From NCBI GenBank assembly GCA_038496445.1, contig JALMLS010000397.1, forward strand, positions 1 to 64,000: DNA of 64,000 nucleotides, written 5' to 3'. The notes under the pieces were generated by a model. It was not told the origin of the DNA, made no database searches, and saw only the letters and a program-made list of their open reading frames with translations. This document shows positions 13,930-27,837 of the stretch, piece after piece. This DNA comes from Trichosphaerium sp. ATCC 40318 (lineage: Eukaryota > Protista > Tubulinea). The first letter of the stretch is position 1. Each line of letters opens with the position of its first letter. Both the position numbers and the translations under genes were made by a program.

Positions 13930-15708
13930 ATGTTCAGAACACTTTTCCTTGTGTACATTACACAATTATTGTAAAGCGTAATACCAGCCACTTGACATGC
14001 ACTCACCCAAAACACAATCAAATTTCGTACCCTGGCTACGCCTTACGTCACATGACAAAGCTAAAGTAACGTGGTATAATGGAGTAGCTCTAAATGAACG
14101 TGAAATAGCGTCATTTGTATCTGCTAATGGTTTTGCGCCGTTTTGTTACAACGTGCGTTGGTTTTTTTTGTCAGCTTTTTTTTTGTCGTTATGAATTGAC
14201 TGGTTGTATAGGTTGCTGGCGTGCGATGGGTAAAGGTAAGCTATTCAAAAAAAATAATCACGTGTTACCTAGTTTTGGGTAAAATATACTAATTGTTTGC
14301 TGGCCAGCTATGGAAGATAGTTACAGCTGATCTTGATGTACATCAAATGATAGTAAAGGCTCGTCCTCTTTTTTTTTTTTTTTTTTTTACATCTTCGTGT
14401 TTAGTTCAACACCAGAAAAGTCTTGCTTTTTTTCGTTTCGGGTCTAATATTATATCCAGTGTAGGATATTAGTTCGTAATGGTTCAAGTTATAAAACGAT
14501 TACCACGTGCAAGTACGCCTTACAGTTGATAGCGTTTAAAAATCTAGTTGCTGTAAAAAAATAGAATCAATTTAGCAGCTAACACACCTTGTCAGTTATC
14601 CAAAGTGTGAGGCTAGAGATAATAAGGACAAGCCTCAAGATAGTTTAGCAAAAGGAAAAGTAGGCACAGAAGGATACGTCCACTGCAAAATATTCTGCTC
14701 GAGCTCGGGTTCGTGACTTCACTTTTCAGGATTTTTCTAATTCTGTTAAGGATTGCATTGGAAGAAAAAGAATTTATTTCTTGAAGTCCAGTTATCTAGT
14801 AATTCTCGTAGTGGACGCCATACAGTTTATTCTGTATATCCCTTGATAATACACAATCATAAATACAAGTACACTGATGGTATGAAGCAAAACATACTCA
14901 CATTTTTACATCGCAGCAATCTTTCTTGTTTTTTTCTGACTTCAAGTAATTTTTAGCTATTTTACCTGGCGTTATTAATGAATCCATATCTGTCATAAAT
15001 GTACCAAGAGTAGCCGTTACAGATATTCTCAATGAGTCTCAGAGGTGCGCTTTCTTTGGCTACAAAACCAGTGCTAATACATGTACAAGGGCACGGAAAA
15101 GAGCTAGGACGCCATTACCAGAGCAAACAAAAATAATCAATGACATAGAGCAAAGATGCCAAAAAATCAGACGAGTATGGACCTCACTTATATCTGTCTC
15201 AACTTCAAACAGTTTCTTTCTTTTTTGTAGGTTTGCAAGTCATCAACTAGTAATAATGACTCTCTTTCGATGCTATGTCAGGTTGACAGTGCGTTACACG
15301 TTTATAGCTTTGTGTACCTTTTGAAACAAATATTAGGGGCTCTAGAGAATATTTTAACGTTAATAGAACACCAACAAAGGAATGTTAATGTTAAAAAACA
15401 AAAGATCAGTCACAGACAAAGTGAAAATGAAATCATAGCAAAATGTTTGTCATTTCAACAACAACAATACAACCAAATATCAAGGCCTTTTCCAAAAGCA
15501 CGTGCTTCTTTTTTTTAACCCCTTACAAATACCAACTGAAAAGTAATTGTTTTTCGCTATTTAGTTAGCCCGATATGGGATTTCATTCGCAAGCACAGAC
15601 ACGAACAATTTAGATGATTTTGCACCTTTAGCTCATGTATCTTCTGGGTTCTCTAGAGTCTCTAAACTCAACAAACATCCACAACAATGGACTTCTATCA
15701 AACACTAA
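13930..15708 (+). CDS. Hypothetical protein, possibly with a CudA/STAT-like DNA-binding domain
   Basis: Spliced core TTCNYPKCEARD...HCKIFCSSSGLHWKKKNLFLEVQL...VYSVYPLII resembles, from memory, the CxSSxxH motif of amoebozoan CudA-like proteins. NLS-like ARKRAR. The 5' end is uncertain. Confidence 0.45.
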
Positions 15709-15973
15709 GCACTCTTTATGTCATGTTTTGGAACTAAGCAGCGTGTTAAACGGAGACCAAGTACTACAAACTACGGACGAAATTGTGAAAGAAATAAACT
15801 CACTCTAATAAAGTCATTCTCCGTTATCACGTGCACTTTACTAGCAGCGCACCTTCTTGAGTGCTAAACCGTTACCTCACAGGGTGAGGGGCTACAAGTG
15901 GTGATTGACAAGCAACGTTGCTGGTTCTAGAACGGCCCATCTAAGTAACGTTGAGTTAAGGAAACCATTTGAA

Positions 15974-17042
15974 ATGAAGGTGTTGATTGCAGGAGGTATG
16001 AAAATATGGTTTCTAAGGACGCAATACTTATTTTTGTAGCTAACAGGGGCCTTGGGCGCAAGGTTGCGTTGTCATTAGCCAAAATCAAAGCGAAACCTAC
16101 TATTATCGTCACTTCACGCAATACAAGGGAAGGAAACGAGGTTTGCGACGAGCTAAGACAATTAGTAAGCTATTATAGTTATTCTTTCCTAAAAACCGCA
16201 TTTTAGGGATGCAATAGCGTAGACTACCATAGACTGGACGTTTCGTCAGCAAAAAGCGGTAAAACGTTGGAAAAATGGATCAGAGAAGAACATGGCAGTA
16301 TAGACACAGTAATTAATACAGCAACCACGCTTTCAAAGGATATAATGGAAGTTAACTACTACGGAGCAGTTGTACGAAAGTTTTTGAAAAAGTATTCACA
16401 CAACGCGCCTGACTGCATATATAGAGTGCTACACATTCTTTACTACCTGTAATGAATCGCGGTGGACGTTTTTTATTCCTTTCAGAGAGCCCTGTACTCG
16501 CCAAAAGCCAAGGTAAACGAAGTGATAATTTTTTTCCTGTTTTTTACTTAAAACGCGTTGTGTAGAGCCTAAATGGAATAAAACTATATGGAGCCGTTTG
16601 GTTGCAGATGATCTTAAAATGAAGGAAGTAGATCTAGTTTATAAATTATATGCAGACTCACTCGTTGCCGGTTCAGTTAATGACAACTTTCCAGTTGACG
16701 AAAACACAACACATACTGTACGCGTCTGCCCCAGATTGCTTCATTCATAACTCTTTTCCCTTAAGGTTTCACGGGCCCTTGTAACTTCTTATGCACGTGT
16801 ACTTGCACGAGAAGCTAGTACACCCACGTTCTCTCCACCAAACTTGTTCGTAGGAATCCTTGATCAGTGTAAGTTGAAGAGAGTGGATTTTTTTCTCACT
16901 TTTTTTTTTCTTCTTAGCATCTGAGGAAGATAACAATGCTGAAATTCTTTGTTGGCTGGCATCAACAGATATTGCAAAACTACCTTCTGGAAAGTTTTGG
17001 ACAGAAGTTGGAAAACATTTAGATGCGCTGCCTGACAACTAA
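15974..17042 (+). CDS. Short-chain dehydrogenase/reductase, carbonyl reductase-like, atypical active site
   Basis: Spliced start MKVLIAG|ANRGLG (GxxxGxG), LDVS, MEVNYYG, C-terminal PSGKFW. Confidence 0.85.
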
Positions 17043-17950
17043 ACATCTTTTGTGTCTTGACTTAACAATGTCTATTTAAGCGCATAAAATATTCCACTTC
17101 TTTAAACTGTACAATCAATAAAAGCTCTTCTCCTCACCTCTTTCGTTAATGTATTTACAATCTACCTCCAACGTTTTATTAAAGCTCGAAAGCAATGAGT
17201 CAGTAAAAAACTAATAAAAGTATTCTAGTAACACTGTAATCTTAACTTGCTTTTAGATGTAAGAATGACTTTAGTTTTGAAACAGTATTCAAAAGACGTG
17301 ATGAGCAAGAAGCGAATACAAGAAGAATATACCAATGTATAAATGAAGTATGCAGCTTCTGGTTAAACGGTCTATGCAAGTACGGTACGCACTTCGCTCA
17401 ACATTAAACTTCAATTCTTTGAATACGAGAAAGCTATGAGTTTGTTTTTTTCTATGACTTATTGACTTTCTTGTTAAGGAAACAGATGCAAAAGGTTACA
17501 CGTGTACGATCTTGATAGGATGCCTAAATGTAGATTTTGGTATAAAGGTCAATGTACAAAACCTGAGTGTCTTTTCTTACACCAAGAGAGGAAGGAAAGA
17601 TTTCATCAATCACCTATTGCTTGTAAATGGTATAATAAAGGGTTTTGTAAAGAAGGCAAGAAGAAATAAAAAAATCTTTCGTTCATATTGTTGTGTATCT
17701 TTTAGATTCTTTTCGCTGATATCTATACAACTTAGGTCCGAAATGCAAGTATAAACATATTCGTAAAACATTGGAAGAGTTGAAAAAATGAACAAGCAAG
17801 ACAAAGAAGAACTTAGTCCAAAACCAATTGTAGTAAACAAAAAACCCAAAAAGAATTAACTGTATTGAGTATACAAGCCACATTTAATAAAATACTGTAA
17901 TACAGTTTAATTTACATTAAAACTAAAACCATATGGTTACCAACGGAGTC

Positions 17951-19412
17951 TTACTTACGATCCTCAAACCAACTCTTTACTGTCTAAAAAAATAAATAAA
18001 TCAAAAAAACTTACCAAACGGCTGGCTTCTTTCTGACGCAATTACATGACAGTGCGCGTACCTTAATCTGTGATAACATATGTGCACAAACGTCTAAGTA
18101 AAAATTACCACCCCCATATTGATCTTGAAATTCTTTGCAAGCAAGTACACCTTTAATCACATGTTCTTCTGTATGATTTATTGCTTGTTCCCTTATTTCG
18201 TTCCATGACAAGGATGTCTCAGGTACAGACTTATCTAAAGGTAATTGACCACGTTCTATATATGCAGCGATGAGTCCAAGTAAGAAATACTGGAGCAATT
18301 GTCTCTTATCTTCCTCTTTGTCCAAAAGCGGAAAAATCTAGGAATATTTGTTAGTTAAAGATTACACCGTTTTTTGAGAACTGTGACTTCACAATATATG
18401 ACTTACCTCATTTACGGCGTACATTCCCGTTATGCCATGTAGAAAGAAGAAATTATTGCAGCCAGTCTTGGCAAATACAAGTACTGATCCTTTCTTAAGT
18501 TCGTCTAATGCAGCATCGACATTCTTGCAATTCCATTTTGATACATACGCATGTAACTCAGCATTTTTTGCCTTTAATAGCGTTTTCATTCGTGTCTGGA
18601 AACCTTTAACACCTTCAAGACATGAACTAAACTGTTTATCTTTACTAATCTCTGTCACAATTGAAAGAATATCATCTGAGCCAACTATTGATAAAATAAG
18701 TCATAGAAAAAAGTAAAAGTTAAGTTGCGCACTGGTTGAATGCAGATCTCCCATTGGCAAGTTAGAGAATGCAAGATATGCAACTCCAGATGTAACACCA
18801 AGTTGAGTTTCACTTTTAAGACCATAACCAAGATGAATGATACCATGAAAAGCAGCTCCAGCTACTCCACACGAAAGGCTTGGTGCATATTCGTTAATCT
18901 ATTTTTATCAAAAAAATCACGTGTTAGTAAACAGTCACGACAAAAGTAAGAAATTTTTCACGTACTAATGCTTTTTTAGAGCCAAGGCGTACGTATTCTT
19001 TATGGAAGAAATCGCAAAGACCCGGATAGTTATCTGATAATCCTATAAATGTCTTCCAATTGCTAGCATTCACAACACATGTTGGTTTTGTTTTTTGTTC
19101 CAAAGGCGACATTGCTATAAGTCAATTAGTCACATATACTTACAAAGGTGGCTTATACGTACTTATACCAGCACATTTCACGTATGCTTTGTAGTACTCG
19201 TTCAATCTCTCACTAGAAGCTTGGAAGACGAGTTAGCAGAAGCGGAATTGTTTGGTTGTTTTTTTGGATTGTGAATACCTCCAAGGCGTTTAAGAGCTAC
19301 CATTGCGTGTAACGTATGATTGGTTAAGGAGCCATGATATTCAATATGATGCGCGTCGTGATCTAAACTGAATAAGCGATAAAACCATTGGTAACAACTC
19401 TTGAAGCGTCAT
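17951..19412 (-). CDS. Questin oxidase-like (DUF4243/HypA) oxidoreductase
   Basis: HHIEYHGSLTNHTLHAMVALKRLGAS, AAFHGIIHLG, NFFFLHGITG, EEHVIK motifs. Confidence 0.85.
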
Positions 19413-19984
19413 TTAACAGTGAGGAGTGCCGACAAGTTATATAGCAAAAAAAAAGCTTGTAGCGGTTAATAATTAAGCATTGCGGGTACTCAGCACGTCA
19501 CATGACAGTAACAACGCGTAGAATAAGCGTTGGCTACTTTTTGGCCTCTTATATGCGTACCTTTGTGTATTATCATCTCCATCGTAGTACGTTCGCTTGA
19601 CATGTTGTAAGTAGTGAAACGGTTTTGTAAAATGAAATTCGGCAAAATTACTTAACCGCCTACTTTAAGCCACGATTTCTCCTTGCTTTTTTATTGTGAC
19701 AAAGGGAGGAAGCTCCTTCGTGTACACTGTATCACAGTATACGTATTACAGAAATTTTAGCGGATAAATACTATTTGCCCGTTTTTTTAAGTTCAATTGC
19801 CCGTTGTTGCAGTCACGTGTACATGTTTATCACAAACCAGCCTCTATAAAAGAGGTTGTAGTGTTTGCATAAGCTCAAGGTACCGCTCTTCCTCTCCTAT
19901 TGTTGGGTCCACAACTCCCTGTTTTCTTTCTGTGCTTTGCACAATCTTTTGAGCATATCCAGTCCTCAGATTGTTTGCTATGTC

Positions 19985-22401
19985 CTAAGATATGAATATA
20001 TCACCAGCCATATGTTTCAACCATCTAACATAAAGTTAGTGACGCTAATAAAAATTGTCGGAGAAAGAAAATCAACTGTGTTGCTTTTTTGACTTTTTTT
20101 CTAACCTTTGCATTGATCTTTTTTTACGCTTTTCAAAAGCGTCTTTGGACCAATTATATTCAGGATATACTCTATTCATTAAAGCCGGCCAATAAGAACG
20201 AAATCCAATACCTCCATATTCATAAACTTGGCATTGAGATACACGATACCAATCTGAAAGTTTAGAAATATTTAGAGGTCTTTCAACGTTCTTAATGAAT
20301 TGGATAATATTATTTTCAGATTGCCAATAGTTCCTTGGAACAGAAGCTAAACACACAATGAGTTCAAGAAAAACGAACACATTGTGAGGGAGAAAAGAAA
20401 ATCTTTCTTATCACTTTACCAATTGCTGTTCTGAACCTTGAAGATTGCCATTCGTAATCTGGATATATACCTCTTATCATACGTTGAAGTGTCCCACCAT
20501 AGTGGCTACAAGTAATTAGATCATATAGTGGATAGATACGTACTTTAATATTCCTCCACCGTTAAGTTCTCTGAGTCTGGTTGTACTAACATTATACCAG
20601 TCATCTATAGAATTCAAGTGAAGCGAAGATTCAACCTAACAGTTTTTAGTCACTGCGTGATGTTAATCAATCATACCTTTCGTACGAATGAAATTCTATT
20701 GTTTTGCGATGACCAATGGTTCTTGGGTGCATGGGCTGTACTGAGATTAACAAAATAGAACAAGATCAAAAATTAATACCAAATAAGGATTCATCCCAAT
20801 CAAAATCTGGGTACACCGTCTTAACCATTTGAACTAAGGAGTTACCATACCACCTACGCGTAATTAGGGAACCCAAATTCTATGGAAAAGTAGAAGAAAA
20901 GAAGCACTTACTGTAAGAAGCCATAGCCCTTTGGATCCTTTCGAATGTCATTAATGCTGATATCATACCAATCAGTAATGTTGGAAACGTTCAAACAATC
21001 TTCAAGCTGTGCACTTGCATTAAAATACAGTATTCGCAGCAAACATAAACTTACGTGTCTTATATATGATATGACGTTGTGCAAGTCATACCAGTAGTAT
21101 GCAGAAACAACCTCTTTCAACAATGTTAGAAGAGGTACATTTTTTGAAAAACCGTACGAAATTTCTGCGGATTCCAGCTATGTTCAGGGTACATGTGCGT
21201 AAGAAATTGCTGTAATGTTCCTTTGATTACACTAGCAATATATATTATTAGTAGTAGAATCAAGCAAAATAATCAAATCAGTAACCTCTTTGCGTTATTG
21301 ACACCCAAAGCCTTTTCAATATCTGTTTTGGAATACTTGTACCAATCACAAGGTTCTGTAATACCCATCTTTTTCTCTATCTAATAGTTGTATAAATGGT
21401 GTTTCATGCATGTTTGTGACGAGTATTCATAAATAATTGTCAACATACCTCACGGAGTAACAGCTTTGTGTTGCTTAAATAGTGATAGTGATTTTGTGTT
21501 TTTCCTATATTTGATTTTCTTTCATCCACTTTATTTCTGAGTGCTGTTGTATCTAAGCATATCTTAGTGCTAACATAATGTGCACCGATAGTGTACCGAA
21601 CTTCCAGGGTTTCCATGAATGCTCTGGGTACACTGTACATAAAAAATTGTACAAAGAGTTTCCAAACAATCTGAACAACTAATAAGCAAAAAACCTCTAG
21701 AAATTTGCTACTTGCAACACGTACCTTAAAAGCCCTTTACCACCCATGTTTAGCACATCACCTGTACTGACATTATACCATTGGTTTAACTCTATTAACC
21801 GATATTTCTTCTCAACCTAGACGTAACAATTTAACAAAGATGACATTTCAGTAAAATGTCAAATCGTCAAAGCGTACAGCTACTGTAAAGGACTTAATAT
21901 TGTCCATGCTTAACCAATAGTTTTGTGGTGTGTTTTCTAGAGGTACACAGTCAGAACCAAGCACCATCGTGGGTATTTAAAAGGCGAAGACACAATTGAC
22001 CGAAACGTCAAAAAAACCGTTCCAACATTGCGCTGTCACTATAAATTATGACACGTACTAAAATTCCAAGCTAGCCACTTATAGTCAGGGTATACAGCTC
22101 GCAATAAGCGTTTTAGAGACCAATCAAATTTTCTGTTATACTTATTGTTACAGAAGTGCTTGGTTAAACATACTAACGCACTTTAGTACGCCACGGCCAC
22201 CCAGCGCTTGTATTTGATGTACTGTAATATTATTCCAGTCAGCCAGTCGTTTAATCTTCAGAGAGCGTTCCATCTGAGTTTGTAAGTTTAATTTGATTAG
22301 TTTTAACGAACCTGTCGAACAAAAGCATGTAAATTGCTCGTAGAGTTCCAATACCCAGCATGACGCCTGACAATAGTATTTCGAGCGTGCATCGCGGCCA
22401 T
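19985..22401 (-). CDS. Protein of tandem ~65-aa repeats (YWxxxxN...DWY...GGxG.L...VYPxYxW)
   Basis: At least six spliced repeats, e.g. VPRNYWQSENNIIQFIKNVERPLNISKLSDWYRVSQCQVYEYGGIGFRSYWPALMNRVYPEYNW. The start is uncertain. Confidence 0.8.
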
Positions 22402-22711
22402 TTAGGTCCTTCTGGATGTCCTGTTAAGTAATTGTACAGTAAAACTTAAAAACTTGGCCAAAATACCTTTGTGCAAGGTAAAACTGCTTTTAGGTACGTC
22501 TCGTCCGTTATAACTGCGTACTTCCACATTGGGCTATTCATGTACAAGAAAGCAGTTTCGCTTGTTGCAACTGCATCTTGTACCTTGTAGCGTATTTATA
22601 TAAGCGAAAACTGCTCGCCAGTACATGTACTAAATTCCCGCACTGACTAAGTATAATTAGGCATCACATACCGCCATAGCTAGCTATTTGGGTGTGAATA
22701 CATCACTAGAT

Positions 22712-25090
22712 ATGTCTGTAAGTAGACGTAAAGGCTCATACACTCCGCTCGCCCTAACAAACCCTCACAACCCTAATGGTCGGGGTGCAGGGCGTAAAAA
22801 CGCAAGGAGACGGCCTCTTTCAGTAATTGGATTGGGAAGGTACCAAAACCTTTGATCGTTGTTTTCATTGTCAAAACCTCGCGCACTGTAACGTGACACG
22901 ACAAAACACCTGTTTTTGGAAAATCCTTGAGTTGTACTGCCAGTTTAGTGAACACTTTCGTTAATGGTTCTTTGTTACAGGACACCTGTAAGAAGTGGCT
23001 TTGATGCTCCATCAACATTAACTGATGATGGAACAAAAAAAAAAAAGAAAAAACAACCAAGAGCTGTTGCTCGTCATGATTATAACCCTGATGTTAGTGA
23101 TATCTCCAAACTGTGCCTTTGTAAAGGAGACAGGTTGCGCGTTCTTAAAAATGGTGACAAGTACGTCAACACTAAGCAAAGACAGAAAAACTCATCTCTT
23201 GTAATATCTCAATTTCCACGATTCCTCGTTTCTTTCTATTGACAAAATGGCTTTTATAGAGCTGGTAAGGATGGTTGGGTACTTGTAAAGTCAGATATGG
23301 GCCGTGGTTGGGTACCAGAAGCTCATATTAGGATTCGAAAGAAAAGGAAAAACGGATCTAAAAGAACAAAAAAGAGGAAAAAAGTACTGAGCATGGTATC
23401 TTTTAATGACTTTCTTATGATATTAGATTGGTTCTGATGGTTCTGTATCATCTCCAAGAAGACATAAAAGTCGCTTAGGTGGTAATGGGCTTAAACTAGA
23501 TCTTGGTGATGACAAAAGAACAAAAAGTATTTCTAGAAAGAGTTCGCGAAGAGAGAAATCAACATCAAGCGCAAGAAAAACGCCTAAAAAGTCAACACCA
23601 AAGAAGTCAACTAGAGGTGCACCAACGCTGGAGGACGATTCCGCTTCCAAAAAGAAACGGTTAGCAAGACGAAGCTCTAAGCGTGATAAAACACAAGATG
23701 GTTCTGTGAAATCAGCAAGAAAAACAAGAAGATCAAGTTCAAAACGTCACCAAGATTCTAAAAGGACAACACCAAAAAGAAAGTCATCTAGACGTTTAAA
23801 GAGTCCAAAGAGTGATGCTAGTATTGAATCAGGTTCTAAAAGCTTAAGATCAAAGACACCAAGAGGAGATGTTTCTACTGATGCGAAAGAGAGAAAAATG
23901 AAAAGAAAAAAAAGTTCAAGACGTGCTACTTTAGGTGATGCTAGCGATACGTCATCAATGAAGGTAACATAAAAAATATATTATGTAGAGTAAACTTATG
24001 TTTCTAAAGAAGAGAAAGAGTAAGAAGCAAATCAACAGAAATGCTGAAATAGAAACACCCAAAATAAAACATGCAAAAAAATCAAAAAAACAAAAAGTTA
24101 GCAAGAAAAAGAAAGTTTCATTACCTGAACCAAAAGTACGTTATAAATCACGTGACGGAAGTGAATTTTTTCGTTCTATACAACCCATTTTCTGCCTGTT
24201 GTTTACTAACACTTTAAGCAGGAGGAAACTGATAAACCTAAAAGACGCGATAGATTTGTTAAGATCAGAGAATCTGTATCGGTTGTAGATGCACCTGCAA
24301 GATTTAGGATTAAAGAAAAAGTAGCTGTAGAAGGCGAACAAGCACAAGGCACTATATGCGTTAAAATTGCTTCTATGAGTGTTAACACTACAACAGATTC
24401 TGTTGAAACAGAAGAAACAAAACAAGTTATTCATCCGGACAGTATTGCTGTTGCAAAGGTTAGAGTAATTCCAGGGGAACCAGGAGATTCAAATAGCGAC
24501 TCTAAAATTGAAGTTGTTTCTAAAGTTTTATCACCAGAAGAGGTAAAGCAACTAGAGGCTATGCAAAGACGTATGGCTCAAAGAAAATCCAGAAGGTAAA
24601 GTTTTATGAAAAAGTCTTAAAAGTCAAAAAAGAACACAGTCTAATGGTTTTATTTTATTAGACTAAGTGCAAATGTGACGGACATACACTCAATTAAACA
24701 ACCAGGTACATTTTTTGGTTTGATCTTAGTATCATATTGTTGTATTGTTATTTAACTTTTTGCGTTTCTTAGAAGTGATTGCAGTTCCTTCTGAAGATGA
24801 AGAAAACAGTGATGGTTCTACAGATTCTGAATACGATACAGACTCTGAACGTATGAGTGATGATGAATGGATGAACATTGTTACAGAAGTAAGAAACAAA
24901 GAGGAAAGGCATAGGTACACAAACAAAGGCTGGTCACAATATTGATACTAAGTTTTTACAAAAAAGGCGTAAGAAGGTTAAAGAAGACTGGGACTGGCGT
25001 CAAATACAAAAAGAGTATCAAGACCAAGAACAATCAAGACAACAACAACAATTACAAGACGAAATGAAAGTTAGTGTAGCAGTGAACTGA
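22712..25090 (+). CDS. SH3-domain protein with a long Lys/Arg/Ser-rich region and an acidic patch
   Basis: First exon MSVSRRKG...GLGR, then ARHDYNPD...LCLCKGDRLRVL...DGWVLVKSDMGRGWVPEAHI (SH3). Confidence 0.85.
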
Positions 25091-25247
25091 GATAAAATCA
25101 GAAAATGTACAAAGAAGAAAAACAGTTAAATAAAAAAAACTGTCATTGAAAAAGACGTTCTATTCTCCCGGACAGGTCATTCACACAAGTTTACTCACAT
25201 TTTATATAGTGCAGCACAATACTTTATAACATCAATACATCTTTAGC

Positions 25248-25756
25248 TCACAACCACTCCCACCGTGGCTGGAAAACGACGTACAAATTTTTATGGTATT
25301 TCTGGCTAAGCAATAACGCCTTACGTCTCTTTGTGAATTCTGCCTTACAGATATAACCTTCATCTACAAGCATCACTAGCGCTCTTAGTTCATCTTGAAT
25401 ATCTTGAGATGACGCGTGAAGAATAGACCCAAAACTATTAATAAACAATTAAAAGCCGTTCCAAACGTTGTGGTAAGGCGCTCGTACTCTGAGCGAGGAA
25501 TGGGCGCTGATGGCGTTGATACAGTTTGAACGCTATGATCTTCAGACCTAATGTAGGCGTCAGCAGAATTAGTGTATGTCACGTGATGACATACACAAAA
25601 GGCGCTGGTACTTGATTGTTTACGCTCACAGTTGCTTGCATCTTTCTTGGGGCACGTCTAAATGTCCTGCCTGATGCGGTTCGCTTTTTGGTTGGTAACT
25701 GGTACATAGTGTCAATTTTTTGTTGTCGTTAACGTACAAGACGCCGCGTTAGACAT
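25248..25756 (-). CDS. Small protein with a SHOCT-like motif
   Basis: DELRALVMLVDEGYICKAEFTKRRKALL fits the SHOCT pattern. The 5' exons are unresolved. Confidence 0.5.
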
Positions 25757-25978
25757 AATTCAGAATGTCAACGTTGCGTACAAATAAACTGCTAGAAATT
25801 ACGCACAGTTTGCATTTTAGATGGTGCTAGACCTGCACTTGTTCGAAAACGGCCCTGCATAGCGATTGGACGCTTCAATTGTGTTGCCTATTCAAATAAA
25901 TCAAAAAAAAACCGAAAGCCGCAATGAAGTCAACTAAAGTCATTTTTCATTGCAACCTGGACTTGATAATAGCGTAAA

Positions 25979-27837
25979 ATGGCACAGTCTCACTCCGATG
26001 ATCTCGTTTGGCAAATAATAGGCAATGATTTTTGCTCATTCAGAGTAAAGTAAGAGCTCAAAAAACCACCAAAATATTCTGGCTGATTTCCTTAGAATAA
26101 AACAGCCTCTACAGAAGTTCTGTACGAATAAATACAATATTGTTGGATTATGCGACAGAAGATATTGTCCTTTGGCGAACAGGTGCGATATTTAGTATTA
26201 TTACGCGTATACGACCTCGAATTTGTTATATTGGCGTCGTTATTTACAAATTTACGAAAATTACATTTTAATTCTCATTGCGTTACAATGGCGTAAACGG
26301 AGCTTAATAGTCATAAGAACAGTATTCATCGCTTTAGAAAATTATTTAAAGCGGTTTGTACGAAACTGTTTCGCCGTTAGTACAATTGAGTCAAAACTAA
26401 CGCATATATTAGCAAAATGGCTACAGTAATCGAAGAAAGAGGTATTATAACTTGCAACTGTTCAAAAAAGACCAAAACTCGCTTTTTGAAATGACGGTTT
26501 AAAACCTCTGCTCACTTGTCACTTAGGCAGAATTTTCTTATACATTAAGACAGCGGAGAGAACACACATGCCAAATAAACAATGGGAAAAGGTATAAGAC
26601 AGATTCTATGAACACTGTGTCAACGCACATTCTTTTAGTTTTTTTTTTCTTTTTTTGACGTTACTGTCGCCTTTTACCTCCTATCTATGGTATTGTTTTA
26701 CTAACGTATATTTATTAGATACAATTACCGAAAAGATACAAGGAAGCACTAAAAACTATTGATGTACGTCTTGAGTTTAGTTTCAAATTTTTGCTTAAAC
26801 GCTTCAACTATTTTTTAATTTTTATCCCGCGAACTCCTTAACTATTTTGCGACGTTTGTTAATGCTCGGCAATTGCAAACATACTATTAATTCCTTGGGA
26901 AGCGTTCATCTTCCTGAACAATTTCAGAGAAATCGGCAAATCGCTCTTCTGTTGAAGTAACTGTTTTCTTATTTTTTTTCGAATTCAAACATTTATATTG
27001 TTTTTGTTGACTCTATGCCCATAGAATGCACTACAATGGTGGCCAGAACGTATCGTTAATAAAATCAAACAACGTCTTACACGTCTTAAACAAACACTTG
27101 CACGCATGAGAAGAATGGAAACACAAATTTCAAAACAAATTATGCCAATAAAGAAAAAAGCAGAGAGAAGAGAAGAAAAATGGGAAGAAAAAGCAGCAAT
27201 ACGCGCAAATGTTGAAGAAGTTATTAAAAAGGAACTTATTGCACGATTACATAGGGTAAGTAGGAGTTTTTTAATTTGATAAAAAACCGGAGCACGAGAA
27301 AATAGTGACAACGAACAATATGATTTCACGTGTTTCATTTTTTTTTGAATTTCAGTTTGTTTTACATTTCTTTCTATTTGCAGTTCATGTAGAACACTTT
27401 AATTTATATTATGACGGTGTTCGTGGTAATTTTGTTTAGCAAAGAAATTAGAAAAAATAACAATTTTGAATTTATTTTTCACTTTACGAAATGGAGTGTT
27501 TTTTTTGTTTGTTTTTGACGTTTTTGCGTAGGGTGTCTATGATAATGAGAGTGTTCCTGATAACATACTCCTTGATGTACTAGCTGAGCGTGGTGAAGTA
27601 GAAGAAGAACCAGAAGAATTCGAACAAACTGATGAGGACAGAGCAAACCTAAGAAAACCAATGATAGAATACGAAAGAGAAATGGAATTTGATGACCAAC
27701 CAGAGTTTGTCATGGACGAGGAGAATTTGTATGAAGATTATGGAATGGAAATGGAGGATGCATACCCTGAATTTGATAAGGGAGAGGGGCTATTAGATGA
27801 ACAAGGTGTTGACAAAGTTGATCCCCTTGATTTTTAA
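25979..27837 (+). CDS. MAK16: Ribosome biogenesis protein MAK16
   Basis: [57 protein letters not shown], acidic tail. Confidence 0.95.

Noticed and set aside
14545-14600. Apparent in-frame TAG suggesting stop-codon reassignment
   Set aside because: A later acceptor with a ctaac branch point removes it (TCN|YPKC), and the long single-exon ORFs contain no internal stops.
17200-17883. Hydrophobic ORF fragments on the minus strand
   Set aside because: The frames do not join cleanly and no family is recognisable, so a gene cannot be supported.
22745-22800. Telomere-template-like AACCCTAA/CCCTAAC in a GC-rich hairpin (telomerase RNA candidate)
   Set aside because: It reads as the first coding exon of the SH3 gene (LALTNPHNPNGRG) and splices in frame to the next exon.
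23396-23426. GTATCTTT U12-like donor in the SH3 gene
   Set aside because: It would give a 31-nt intron with no U12 branch site, and an upstream in-frame GTACTG donor explains the junction.
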